DNA of 63,999 nucleotides, filler included, from an uncultured Gemmatimonadota bacterium (GTDB taxonomy: Bacteria > Blakebacterota > Blakebacteria > Blakebacterales > Blakebacteraceae), in assembly GCA_964576115.1 (NCBI GenBank). It is 4 parts of 4 records of this genome, joined end to end, with 100 filler letters (N's around TTAATTAATTAA, not from the genome) between each part and the next. Parts side by side here need not be neighbours in the genome. Positions count along the whole stretch, not along the records: positions 20,278 to 40,183 come from CAZNUA010000051.1; 3 more parts are not named here. One strand, written 5' to 3'. Positions 20,563-29,653 of this stretch are shown one piece after another. The position numbers and the translations under genes were made by a program. Numbering within the stretch: position 1 is the first letter of the stretch; every line of letters begins with the position of its first letter. The notes below the pieces were generated by a model, which was not told where the DNA came from, did not search any database, and worked only from the letters and a program-made list of their open reading frames with translations.

Positions 20563-23313
20563 TCAGAACGTCACTGTCAGGCTTCCGGCGTTCTCGCGGT
20601 TCCGCATGGGCTTCAGACCCGGGAACCGTTTCACAAGATGATTATCAGGATCACTAATGACCACCGAATAATCGCCCGGCGCGAAGACCTTCGGTTCGAA
20701 GCGGGTGCCGCTGATGCGCAGGGTGTAGAGGATCTCGCCATCGGCCTCGGCAATCACCTGCACGACCGGATCGGTGAGCCCGCTGACCTCCACCACCGGC
20801 AGCCATCCCCACGCCCCGCGACCGTCGTTATCGAGCTGATGACAGGTCACCGGCCAGCCGGGGTACTGCCGAGCACCGGCCTGGGAGGGATCGACCCAGC
20901 GCGGCCAGCACTCGATCACGATTTCGCGGCTGGAGCGGACAAAACGCACGATCCCGTAGCCGGGCGCCCGGTTATGCAGGTTCTCGGGCGGGATGTGGGT
21001 GCGATGGGGATTGGAGACGGCGTGCACCGTCATGCGATTGCCGAAACCGTCGAAAAAGTCACCCGTGTACTCGGGTGAACCCGGCTTGCGGTTACGACCC
21101 GGCTGAGGAGGAAACCAGCGCCGTGGCCAGGTATTGCCGACGCTCGGTACGCAGAGCGCAAAACCGGCGTCCCGAAAGGCTTCCACCCCGTACTGGATGG
21201 TGCTGCCCAGGTGCTGGTCTCCGGCGATATGTACGGCGCAGGCCCGGCGCATCTCCCGCAGAGCCCGGTTGCGCCCCGAGGGGGGCCAGCCGTTCGAGTC
21301 GCCGTCACTGGTCAGCTTGTAGTCGCGCGGGTATTCCCCTTCTTCAAGGTAGGGCAAACCCGGAATGACCGAGCCGCTGGCGGCGTCCTGCGGGATTGTG
21401 GCCACATTGGCGAAAACGGTCTGTGAGAGGACCGCTTTCATCCAGGTCCCTCCCGACCAGTCGGCCGCCCAGGCGTGCAGGAAGTCGAGCTGACGCCGGC
21501 CCAGCAGGACCGCCCCGGGGGTATCGGCCTCGCAGGCCGGATCGAAGCCGGAGGCCTGCGGCCAGCCGTTCACGAACTGTCCGGCCGGCACCGCCACCGT
21601 GGGCGAGGATTTGAACTGCCGGTCGGCGAGGACGGCAAAGCTCACCCCGCCCCAGGTGACGTCGGTGTAGTAGACCGAGATCCCCTGTTCGACTGGAGCG
21701 GGATCATAGGGAGGAGGCAGATGGCTGGTCTGGGTGCGGTGAACCGCGTTCACGAATCGGGGGGGCAGGCGGTAGCCGCCCGAGTCCTGGGCCGTCATTC
21801 CCTCTGAGGCTTCGGCCTTTTTTCCCCCCGCACCCCAGATATTGCCGTGGTAGACATCATGATCATCGGGAATCGATACGCTCGGCCGTTCGCGGGTCAG
21901 ATCGGCGAAAGCCCAGCACCAGCGGTACCATTTATAGAGATAGTCGAGCAGAGCGTCCTCGACCGGGTTGCGGATGGCCGGGGTGAGATCCCCCTCGTAA
22001 ACCTGATCGCCGCTGAAGAAGAGAAAATCGGGATCGTGGTGCGTGACCGCGGCAACGATTTCGTTGTGGGGAAACCAGTATCCGTTGTGGTTCCATTCCA
22101 GACCCCCCGTGTAGCACTTGTGACCGGTAAAGGCGGCCACGACGTACTCGTCCTCATCCGGTTCGGCCCGGATCGTCCCGTCGTACGCATACCGCTCGCT
22201 CGAGTGGTCCGAGGTCTTCAGATCGTAGAGCACACGGAAGGGGATCGCGGTCTCGCCCGGCCAATCCTCGATCCGGAAGGTGGCGGTGTAACTGTCGGAC
22301 ACCCATTCGGTCTCGGCCACTGTCCGCCAGGGGCCCGACCCTCCCGGCTTGAGCTGCAGTTGCAATGACCTTTCGTCATCGGGCCCGAGCGGCCCCAGCT
22401 GAGCAGTCAGGGTCAGCACTTTCCGGCTGACCGTGTACTGAGCCGAGAGTACCGGACCGAAGAGGCGGTCGGGATGGGAGGTGATCTTCGGCCCTCGCAG
22501 GGTCCAGTCTTCAAACCAGTAACCGCGCTCGCTGCCCTGCGGGCCGTGGTGCGAGACGAGCGCGATTCCACCATCGAGGAACCGAGCCGGGACATCACGG
22601 TACTCGGTACGGCTGACCTCGGCCCCGAATGCAGGATCGAGAGCACTCAGGGTCAGAACCCAGCCGTCCTCCTCCTGACGACCGGCGAGAGTGAGCAGAA
22701 CCGGCCCCGAGGGATTGCTCAGGGCGGGGCTCTGCGGTCGGTCGGCGGCCAGGACAGGCACCTCATTCTCTGCGACCGGGCCGCTGATCCCCCACCCCAC
22801 CGCCGGATAGCTTCCCTGCGACATGTCCCGGAAGGCGGTCCCGCCCCAGCCGTCGACGACCGCCAGCAGGCCGCCGTCGCGGGCCGGTTTGTGATGGGTC
22901 CAGGCCGTCAGGCGCCAGTCGACATCCTCGCCTCCACCTCCGATCAGGAACCCCCGCCAGGCCTCGGCCGGCAACTGGCCGGAATCGAGCGGACCGGTCA
23001 GCACGCTCATGGTAAACCACCCCCGGCCGGCTGCCAGCGCGCGGTCGAGCCGGAAGAGGGTACGCAGAGGCCAGTTTCGCCGTCCCTCGACACATTCGAC
23101 CCGCCCTCTGTCCAGGCGCCAGTCAGCCAGCCGGTTGGCGAAGTACTCCGGTCCGATCCAGACCCGCTCGAGATCCTCGGCAAAATCACCGGAAACGGGA
23201 CCGGACCCGATGCAGCCGGAAAGCAGGAAGAGGAAAGCGAACAGGGGACCAAACAGGAGACATGATCCAAGGCTGAATCGGAGACCGGATAGCGTCGGTT
23301 CGGTTGTCGGCAT
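20563..23313 (-). CDS. Alkaline phosphatase D (PhoD)-like metallophosphatase with a large N-terminal extension, probable lipoprotein
   Basis: Metallophosphoesterase motifs 'FSGDQVYE', 'PDDHDV', 'DSNGWP' and 'GDQH', plus lipobox LLSGC. ATG 23313 follows GGAGG. Confidence 0.8.
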   Translation of the reverse strand: MPTTEPTLSGLRFSLGSCLLFGPLFAFLFLLSGCIGSGPVSGDFAEDLERVWIGPEYFANRLADWRLDRGRVECVEGRRNWPLRTLFRLDRALAAGRGWFTMSVLTGPLDSGQLPAEAWRGFLIGGGGEDVDWRLTAWTHHKPARDGGLLAVVDGWGGTAFRDMSQGSYPAVGWGISGPVAENEVPVLAADRPQSPALSNPSGPVLLTLAGRQEEDGWVLTLSALDPAFGAEVSRTEYRDVPARFLDGGIALVSHHGPQGSERGYWFEDWTLRGPKITSHPDRLFGPVLSAQYTVSRKVLTLTAQLGPLGPDDERSLQLQLKPGGSGPWRTVAETEWVSDSYTATFRIEDWPGETAIPFRVLYDLKTSDHSSERYAYDGTIRAEPDEDEYVVAAFTGHKCYTGGLEWNHNGYWFPHNEIVAAVTHHDPDFLFFSGDQVYEGDLTPAIRNPVEDALLDYLYKWYRWCWAFADLTRERPSVSIPDDHDVYHGNIWGAGGKKAEASEGMTAQDSGGYRLPPRFVNAVHRTQTSHLPPPYDPAPVEQGISVYYTDVTWGGVSFAVLADRQFKSSPTVAVPAGQFVNGWPQASGFDPACEADTPGAVLLGRRQLDFLHAWAADWSGGTWMKAVLSQTVFANVATIPQDAASGSVIPGLPYLEEGEYPRDYKLTSDGDSNGWPPSGRNRALREMRRACAVHIAGDQHLGSTIQYGVEAFRDAGFALCVPSVGNTWPRRWFPPQPGRNRKPGSPEYTGDFFDGFGNRMTVHAVSNPHRTHIPPENLHNRAPGYGIVRFVRSSREIVIECWPRWVDPSQAGARQYPGWPVTCHQLDNDGRGAWGWLPVVEVSGLTDPVVQVIAEADGEILYTLRISGTRFEPKVFAPGDYSVVISDPDNHLVKRFPGLKPMRNRENAGSLTVTF

Positions 23314-23452
23314 GGACGACACCTCCATCAAGAACCTGTGACCGGTACGGATTATTTTTCCATCTCTCCGGCGACAGGGCGTGCTATCGTGTCCGTGACG
23401 AGCGTATCATACAGCGTCGCGACATCCACGCAGATTACGCGGAGGCAACACG

Positions 23453-23998
23453 GTGTTCGTACCAACCAGACTTTTCCTGACCAAGGGGGTCGGGGAGCAC
23501 CGCGAGGAACTGCAGTCGTTCGAGCTGGCCCTGCGCCAGGCCGGAATCCAGCGTCTCAACCTCGTCAATGTTTCGTCGATCTACCCTCCCGGTTGTACTG
23601 TCATCTCGCGCGAGAAGGGCCTGGCTCAACTCGAGGCCGGTCAGATCACCTTTGCGGTCATGGCGCGGGCCTGTTCGAACGAACCGCGCCGGCAGATCGC
23701 CGCCTCGATCGGAGTCGCCATCCCGGCCGACAAGAGCATGTACGGCTACCTGGCCGAGTACCACGGTTACGGCCAGACCACGGCCGAGGCCGGGGAGTAT
23801 GCCGAGAACATGGCCGCGGCCATGCTGGCCTCGACCCTCGGGGTGGCCTTCGACGAGGATGAGAGCTGGGACAACAAGCGCCAGCTCTGGAAGATCAGCG
23901 GCAAGATCGTGCGCAGCCGGAACATCACCCAGTCGGCCGAGATCGGCAAGGACGGCAAGTGGAAAACCGTCATCGCCGCGGCCGTACTGCTGCCCTGA
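23453..23998 (+). CDS. pdaD: Pyruvoyl-dependent arginine decarboxylase
   Basis: '[24 protein letters not shown]' (Ser-Ser self-cleavage site), 'YGYLAEYH' and 'LASTLG'. Confidence 0.93.
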   Translation: MFVPTRLFLTKGVGEHREELQSFELALRQAGIQRLNLVNVSSIYPPGCTVISREKGLAQLEAGQITFAVMARACSNEPRRQIAASIGVAIPADKSMYGYLAEYHGYGQTTAEAGEYAENMAAAMLASTLGVAFDEDESWDNKRQLWKISGKIVRSRNITQSAEIGKDGKWKTVIAAAVLLP

Positions 23999-24014
23999 AA
24001 ACACCGGGAAGACG

Positions 24015-25283
24015 ATGGCTTCCAAACCGAAACGAACCGCACCCGACCGGTCATCTCCGTCGTCCGAACCGGGTGCGCCGCCACCCGACGGGGAAAAGCC
24101 CGTTTTTGACCAGACCACCCCGGAACCCGAACGGGAAGCGCCGGTGTCCGTTCCGACGACACCGAAGTCCGGAGGGACATCCCGCTGGCTGCAGGGGGCG
24201 CGGATCGCGCCAGCACCGGTGACAGGAAACGAAACCGTCCGGGAACTGATCGATTCGACTTTTCTGGCATATAACGCCGCCCGTCTGCGCGAGGCTGCCC
24301 AGCTGCTCTCGGGGCGGATCCTGCGCGAGGGAGTGACCGTGGGGGTGAGTCTGTCGGGAGCACTGACACCGGCCGGGCTGGGCGGTTCATGTCTGATCCC
24401 GCTCATCGAGAACGGCTTCGTGGACTGGATCTCGACCACCGGGGCCAATCTCTATCACGACGCTCACTTCGCTCTCGATCTGGACCTGCACCGGGGTTCC
24501 CCCCACACCCCCGATCCCGAACTGCGCCGCGACGGGGTGATCCGGATCTACGACGTCCTCTTCACCTACGAGGTTCTGCTCGAGACCGACCGTTTCTTCC
24601 GCACCATGGCTGCGGCCGAGGAATTCGGACGGTCGATGAGCAGCGCCGAGTTTCACCACCTGGTCGGAAAGTACCTGACCGCCCGGGCCGAAGCGCTGGG
24701 CACCGGGTCGCGCTCGATCCTGGTCAGCGCCTACGAGCACGGGGTTCCGGTCTACACTCCCTCCCCGGGTGATTCCTCCATCTGGATGAACATGGCCCGT
24801 CTGGCTCTGGAGGGAGGCGGCCCGGCGGTCGACGTTTCAGCCGACGTCAACGAAACCGCCGCCATCGTTTACGGAGCCAAGGCGAAGGGAGAGCGGAGTG
24901 CGGTACTTGTCCTCGGGGGAGGAGCCCCGAAGAATTTCGTTCTGCAGACCGAACCGCAGATCCAGGAAGTGCTCGGGCTCGAGGAAGCCGGCCACGACTA
25001 TTTCGTCCAGATCACCGATGCGCGCCCCGACACCGGCGGGCTCTCGGGGGCGACCCCGAGCGAGGCGATGACGTGGGGCAAGATCGATCCCGATGCTCTG
25101 TCCGACACCGTGGTCTGCTACACCGACACTACCATCGCCCTGCCCCTGCTGACCTCCTATCTGCTCGCCGCCTGCGACCCGCGCCCTCCGGCCCGCCTGT
25201 ACGATCGCCGGTCAGAACTGCTGACCGGTCTGAAGGCAGCCTTCAGGGCACGGCAGACTGAAGAAGAACGGGAAGATTCGTGA
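24015..25283 (+). CDS. Deoxyhypusine synthase-like protein (SpeY/homospermidine-biosynthesis type)
   Basis: '[10 protein letters not shown]', '[11 protein letters not shown]', 'GGGAPKNF' and '[18 protein letters not shown]' (catalytic Lys retained). Likely start ATG 24015. Confidence 0.9.
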   Translation: MASKPKRTAPDRSSPSSEPGAPPPDGEKPVFDQTTPEPEREAPVSVPTTPKSGGTSRWLQGARIAPAPVTGNETVRELIDSTFLAYNAARLREAAQLLSGRILREGVTVGVSLSGALTPAGLGGSCLIPLIENGFVDWISTTGANLYHDAHFALDLDLHRGSPHTPDPELRRDGVIRIYDVLFTYEVLLETDRFFRTMAAAEEFGRSMSSAEFHHLVGKYLTARAEALGTGSRSILVSAYEHGVPVYTPSPGDSSIWMNMARLALEGGGPAVDVSADVNETAAIVYGAKAKGERSAVLVLGGGAPKNFVLQTEPQIQEVLGLEEAGHDYFVQITDARPDTGGLSGATPSEAMTWGKIDPDALSDTVVCYTDTTIALPLLTSYLLAACDPRPPARLYDRRSELLTGLKAAFRARQTEEEREDS

Positions 25284-25362
25284 GCACATGGGAGGTGAAT
25301 CAGGATCCGGGATCGCTCCGCCCGGTAACTACCGAAAGCACCACTAACCGCCAGGAGAATCC

Positions 25363-26868
25363 ATGCGGATCATCCTCGCCGGCTACAATCTCGACACCGA
25401 TCTGATCGAGCAGCTCCGGACCGCGACCGACCATCCCGAGGCTCTGACCCCCGAAACCGTCGCCGTGGCGTACGCCCGTATCAGCCGCGACCCGCGCCCG
25501 GTGACCGAACTGCGCCGGCGGGCGATCGAGGATGTCGAGAGCGCCCGGGCTTCGGCCCGCAGTATCGTCTTCGGCCTCAACCACCAGTCGGTGGCCGAAC
25601 ACGCCGCCTTCAACTTCGACGTGCTCGACATCTCCCGTCTCTGCGTCGAGGTCCTGGAGTGGCACCGGCTCTGCTCATACACCGAAAAATCACAGCGCTA
25701 CCAGGAACTGACCGACGCCCACGTGATCCCGGAAGGACTCGAGGGGGAAGCGCTCGAACTTTTCGAGAAGACCGTGGTCAGGCAGTTCGCCCTCTACACG
25801 CGGGCTTTCGGGATCCTGCACGACCACTTCCGGGCTCGACATGCCGACATGCTCGATACCCCCGCCGGAGAGCGGATCGTGGCCGGGTATGCCAAGGAAG
25901 ACGCCCGCTACATCACCCCCCTGGCCACAAAGGCCCAGCTGGGTTTGACCGCCAACGCCCGCAACCTGGAATACATCATCAGGCGCCTGCGCGCCCACCC
26001 CCTGGCCGAAGCCAGACAGCTGGGCGAGGAGTTCTTCCGCCTGGCGGGCGAGGTGGCCCCCGCCCTGATTCTGCTCACCGATCCGATCGAGTACGAGAAG
26101 CAGTTCGGCCGCCCCCTGAGTGATGATTTTTTCACCCGCACCCACCCCCACGCCCGCGAGGTCGTCGAGGCCCTGATCGATAGTCACCCCACCAGTCACG
26201 AGGACACCGCTCTGCCACAGCTGGGCGATGTCACCCTCCTCGAAAGCCCCCCCGATGCCGACCGGAGCGTGCTGACCGCCATCATCCACGCCCATTCCGG
26301 TGAGCCGGCTGCGGCTTGCGCCGCCCTGGCCGACCGCCTGCTGTCCGACGGCGAAGGAGCACGCGAGCTGATGCGGGAGTTTCTGGTTCATGCCAACCCG
26401 TGGGAGTCGGCCACCCGGGAATTCGAGACCGCCGCCTTCACCTTCGAGGTGATTCTGAGCGCGGCCTGCTACGGCCAGATGAAACGGCACCGCATGAGCA
26501 CCCAGCTGGTGCAGGACTACGATCCCGCCCTCGGTCTGACCATTCCCCCTTCGGTCACCGAGACCGGTCTGGAGAAAGACTTCCGCGAACTGGCCGAAGA
26601 GAGCGGCGAGGTCTATTCCCGCCTGCTCGCCGCCGCCCCCGAGGCGGCGCCCTATGTCCTGACCAACGCCCACCGCCGCCGCCTGCTCATCCGCACCGAC
26701 GTGCGCGAGCTCTACCACATCAGCCGCCTGCGCGAGGACGCTCACGCTCAGTGGGACATCCGCACCGTGTCGGCCGACATGCTCTCCCTGGCCCGCGCCG
26801 AAGCCCCGCTGGCCCTGATGCTCGCCCGCGGCAAGGATGCCTTCGATGAAAAGAAGCAAGAGCTCTGA
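25363..26868 (+). CDS. thyX: FAD-dependent thymidylate synthase, tandem two-domain form
   Basis: 'HQSVAEH', 'WHRLCSYTEKSQRY', 'EDARY', 'NARNL', a second-domain 'RHR' and 'HAQWDIR'. 501 aa. Confidence 0.88.
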   Translation: MRIILAGYNLDTDLIEQLRTATDHPEALTPETVAVAYARISRDPRPVTELRRRAIEDVESARASARSIVFGLNHQSVAEHAAFNFDVLDISRLCVEVLEWHRLCSYTEKSQRYQELTDAHVIPEGLEGEALELFEKTVVRQFALYTRAFGILHDHFRARHADMLDTPAGERIVAGYAKEDARYITPLATKAQLGLTANARNLEYIIRRLRAHPLAEARQLGEEFFRLAGEVAPALILLTDPIEYEKQFGRPLSDDFFTRTHPHAREVVEALIDSHPTSHEDTALPQLGDVTLLESPPDADRSVLTAIIHAHSGEPAAACAALADRLLSDGEGARELMREFLVHANPWESATREFETAAFTFEVILSAACYGQMKRHRMSTQLVQDYDPALGLTIPPSVTETGLEKDFRELAEESGEVYSRLLAAAPEAAPYVLTNAHRRRLLIRTDVRELYHISRLREDAHAQWDIRTVSADMLSLARAEAPLALMLARGKDAFDEKKQEL

Positions 26869-26878
26869 TCGAACATCC

Positions 26879-26942
26879 TCACCCCGTCGTACCGTCCAGC
26901 GGCCGCAGAGTCACCCCGTCGTACCGTCCGGCGGTCGCAGAG
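26879..26942. repeat. 32-bp tandem repeat, 2 copies plus a degenerate third
   Basis: TCACCCCGTCGTACCGTCCRGCGGYCGCAGAG twice, just after the thyX stop. Confidence 0.85.
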
Positions 26943-27188
26943 TCGTATCGTCGCTCCGCCGGTAACCGCCGGCAGAAGGGGGTAAACCTGCCCGTTCGTT
27001 CCTGCGTACACTGGAACGGGGAATAACCGGGTGTGTGTGGAGGCCGGTCCGGGTAAACGGGCCGGAGGTTCGCCAGGTATACTCCTCTGACCGGGCGGTG
27101 CCCGCCGATGAGCCCCACCCGCGTGGCGGCTTATCGCAGGTGCTTCCCGCCACATGATCGCTCAACCACTGCACAGGAGGAGCGTTCG

Positions 27189-29597
27189 ATGCGCCTCATC
27201 CGACAGAGCCTGCGAACCCTGCGCCGCAATCCCGCTGTTTCGAGCATCGCCGTCGTGAGCCTCGTGCTCGCCATCACGCTGAATGCCGTCATCTACAGCG
27301 TGGTGGACTATATCTGGCTGCAGCCCGCACCCTACGATGAGCCTGACGAGATCGTGCACCTCTTCGCCGGCACCGAACGCGCCCCGATGGATGCACTCTC
27401 CTGGCCCGACTATCTCGACCTGCGGGCGGGCATGGAGACAGTCAGCGACATGGCCGCGGTGCAGCACCGGGGAGCCAGTCTCTTCAGCGAAGACTACTCC
27501 GTCATGCTCTTTGCCGACGTGGTCTCGCGCAACTTCTTCACCGTGCTCGGCGTCGAAGCGCACCTCGGGGATGTCTTTGCCGAAACCGATTCCGAGCTGC
27601 TGCAGGCCGAACCGATGGTGATTCTAAGCCACAGTCTCTGGCAGCGGCAATTCGGCGGCGATCCCGACATCGTCGGGCAGACCGTCATGATCACAAACCG
27701 GCAGCGGACCGTGATGGGGATCGCCCCGCCCGGTTTCTACGGCATGCGCCGCCTGACGCCGATCGACCTCTGGTTCCCCGAAGAGACGTGGGGCTATCCC
27801 GAAGAACGCTCCTCACGCCGCTTCCGTGACTTCTACCCGGTCGCCCGGCTGGCCCCGGGCGAGACCGCCGCGAGCGCTCAGGCCGAGGCCGAAGCCCTCT
27901 ACCGGGGACTCGAGCTGGTCGACTTCGCTTCCAACGAAGACCAGCACGCCATGGTCGTGACCGATCGGCAACTGCAGAACCGCAGCTGGTCAACAATGGG
28001 AATCATGCTCCTGGCAATCGTGGGCGCCTTTCTGATGATTTCGTGCGCCAATGTCTCGGGCCTGTTGCTGGCCCGCTCGCTCGGCCGGCAGCGCGAAATG
28101 GCCATCAGGCTGGCGGTGGGCGGCAACCGCGGCCACCTGATCCGGCAGTTGCTGACCGAGGGCCTGGTGCTGGCCGGAATCGCCGGCGTCCTGAGCCTGG
28201 TCGCGACCAGCTGGCTTCTGGGTCTGCTCCCCACCATCATGCCGCCGATGCCGGTCTATATCGAATGGAACTTCGCGCTCGACAGCCGGACGATCATCTT
28301 CGCTCTGGCACTGGCTCTTTTCACCGCCCTGCTGACCACCCTGCTGCCCGCCCTGAAGGCATCCCGGCCCAATCTCGTGCCGGTCCTGAAGAGCGGTCAG
28401 GGTGCGGGGACGCGCCGGGAAGGGCGCCTCGGGAGTCTCAACCTGCTGGTCGTCGGCCAGCTGGCGCTGAGTTTCGTGCTGATCGCGGTGACCGGCCTGC
28501 TCACCCGCAGTTTCCTGCAGGTGCAGTCGCTCGATCTCGGCTTCGGCAACGACAACCTGCTCGTGGCCGAGGTCTACCCCGAAGGGGGCCGGGAGGAAGC
28601 CACCGGGTTCTGTCTCGATCTGCTCGACCGGGTGCGGGCCATCCCCGGCGTCAGGCACGCCACCATCGCCCGCCACGTGCCCTTCAACCCCTCGGGGGGC
28701 GGGGCGACCCGACAGGTGTTCGTGCCCGAGGCGGGACCGGGCTGGGAGGAGGCGAGCAGGGCAATCAAATTCAACCTCGTCGAGCCGGACTACTTCGCCA
28801 CCCTCGATATCCCCCTGCTCAGAGGGCGGAAGTTCGGGGATACCGACACCGGCGGCAGCACACCGGTCATGATCGTGAACGAGACCATGGCCCAGCGGTA
28901 CTGGCCCGATGCCGATCCACTCGGGCGGCGGGTGATCCTGAATTCGGCCGACGGACCGGCGGTCGAAGTGGTGGGCGTCGTACCCGACGGCATCTACAAC
29001 AGTATCGGGGAAGACCCCGAACCCTACTTCTACCTTCCCTTCGGACAGCTCAGCTGGTGGGATTACCTGCTGGTGGTGGACGCCGGCGCCGACCCGTATG
29101 CGGTCATGGAGCCGGTCCACGGGGAGATGCGAGCCATGAGCAGTTCGCTCGACATCTTCCCGATGACGACCCTGCATCAGCTGGTCCGCGACAACACCTA
29201 CGAACGCGAGCTCACGATGTGGCTGGTCCTCTTCCTGGCCGGACTCGGGGTGGCTCTGGCCGGAGTCGGTCTTTACGGGGTGATCTCGTACGCCGTGACC
29301 CGCCGGACCCACGAGATGGGCGTGCGGCAGGCCCTCGGGGCGAACCGGCGCGACATCGTGCGCCTGATCGTACGCCATGGCGGCTGGCTCTGTCTGGGGG
29401 GACTCGCGATCGGGATCCCGGTCGCGGTCGCAGCCGGCGGGCTGATGCAGGGTCTGCTGTTCGGGGTGCGTCCGGTGGATCCGATGAGCCTGGTGCTCGC
29501 GTTCATCGTCCTGGCAGCAATCGTCCTGCTGGCTACGGTTCTACCCGGACGACGGGCCGCAGCAGTCGACCCGCTCAACGCAATCCGGTACGAGTAA
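27189..29597 (+). CDS. ABC transporter permease, duplicated MacB/FtsX type (ADOP-like orphan permease)
   Basis: Two MacB-periplasmic plus FtsX halves: 'ISCANVSGLLLAR..REMAIRLAVG', 'RRTHEMGVRQALGA', and C-terminal 'VDPLNAIRYE'. ATG 27189 follows AGGAGG. Confidence 0.93.
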   Translation: MRLIRQSLRTLRRNPAVSSIAVVSLVLAITLNAVIYSVVDYIWLQPAPYDEPDEIVHLFAGTERAPMDALSWPDYLDLRAGMETVSDMAAVQHRGASLFSEDYSVMLFADVVSRNFFTVLGVEAHLGDVFAETDSELLQAEPMVILSHSLWQRQFGGDPDIVGQTVMITNRQRTVMGIAPPGFYGMRRLTPIDLWFPEETWGYPEERSSRRFRDFYPVARLAPGETAASAQAEAEALYRGLELVDFASNEDQHAMVVTDRQLQNRSWSTMGIMLLAIVGAFLMISCANVSGLLLARSLGRQREMAIRLAVGGNRGHLIRQLLTEGLVLAGIAGVLSLVATSWLLGLLPTIMPPMPVYIEWNFALDSRTIIFALALALFTALLTTLLPALKASRPNLVPVLKSGQGAGTRREGRLGSLNLLVVGQLALSFVLIAVTGLLTRSFLQVQSLDLGFGNDNLLVAEVYPEGGREEATGFCLDLLDRVRAIPGVRHATIARHVPFNPSGGGATRQVFVPEAGPGWEEASRAIKFNLVEPDYFATLDIPLLRGRKFGDTDTGGSTPVMIVNETMAQRYWPDADPLGRRVILNSADGPAVEVVGVVPDGIYNSIGEDPEPYFYLPFGQLSWWDYLLVVDAGADPYAVMEPVHGEMRAMSSSLDIFPMTTLHQLVRDNTYERELTMWLVLFLAGLGVALAGVGLYGVISYAVTRRTHEMGVRQALGANRRDIVRLIVRHGGWLCLGGLAIGIPVAVAAGGLMQGLLFGVRPVDPMSLVLAFIVLAAIVLLATVLPGRRAAAVDPLNAIRYE

Positions 29598-29653
29598 GGA
29601 GCTGAAAACAGGCGACTCCCGACGGCTGTCGTCAATCACCCTGAGGAAAGCTC

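Noticed and set aside
23568-24014. N-terminal 149 aa of the 571-aa ORF as part of the DHS-like protein
   Set aside because: It overlaps pdaD in another frame. The plausible start is ATG 24015.
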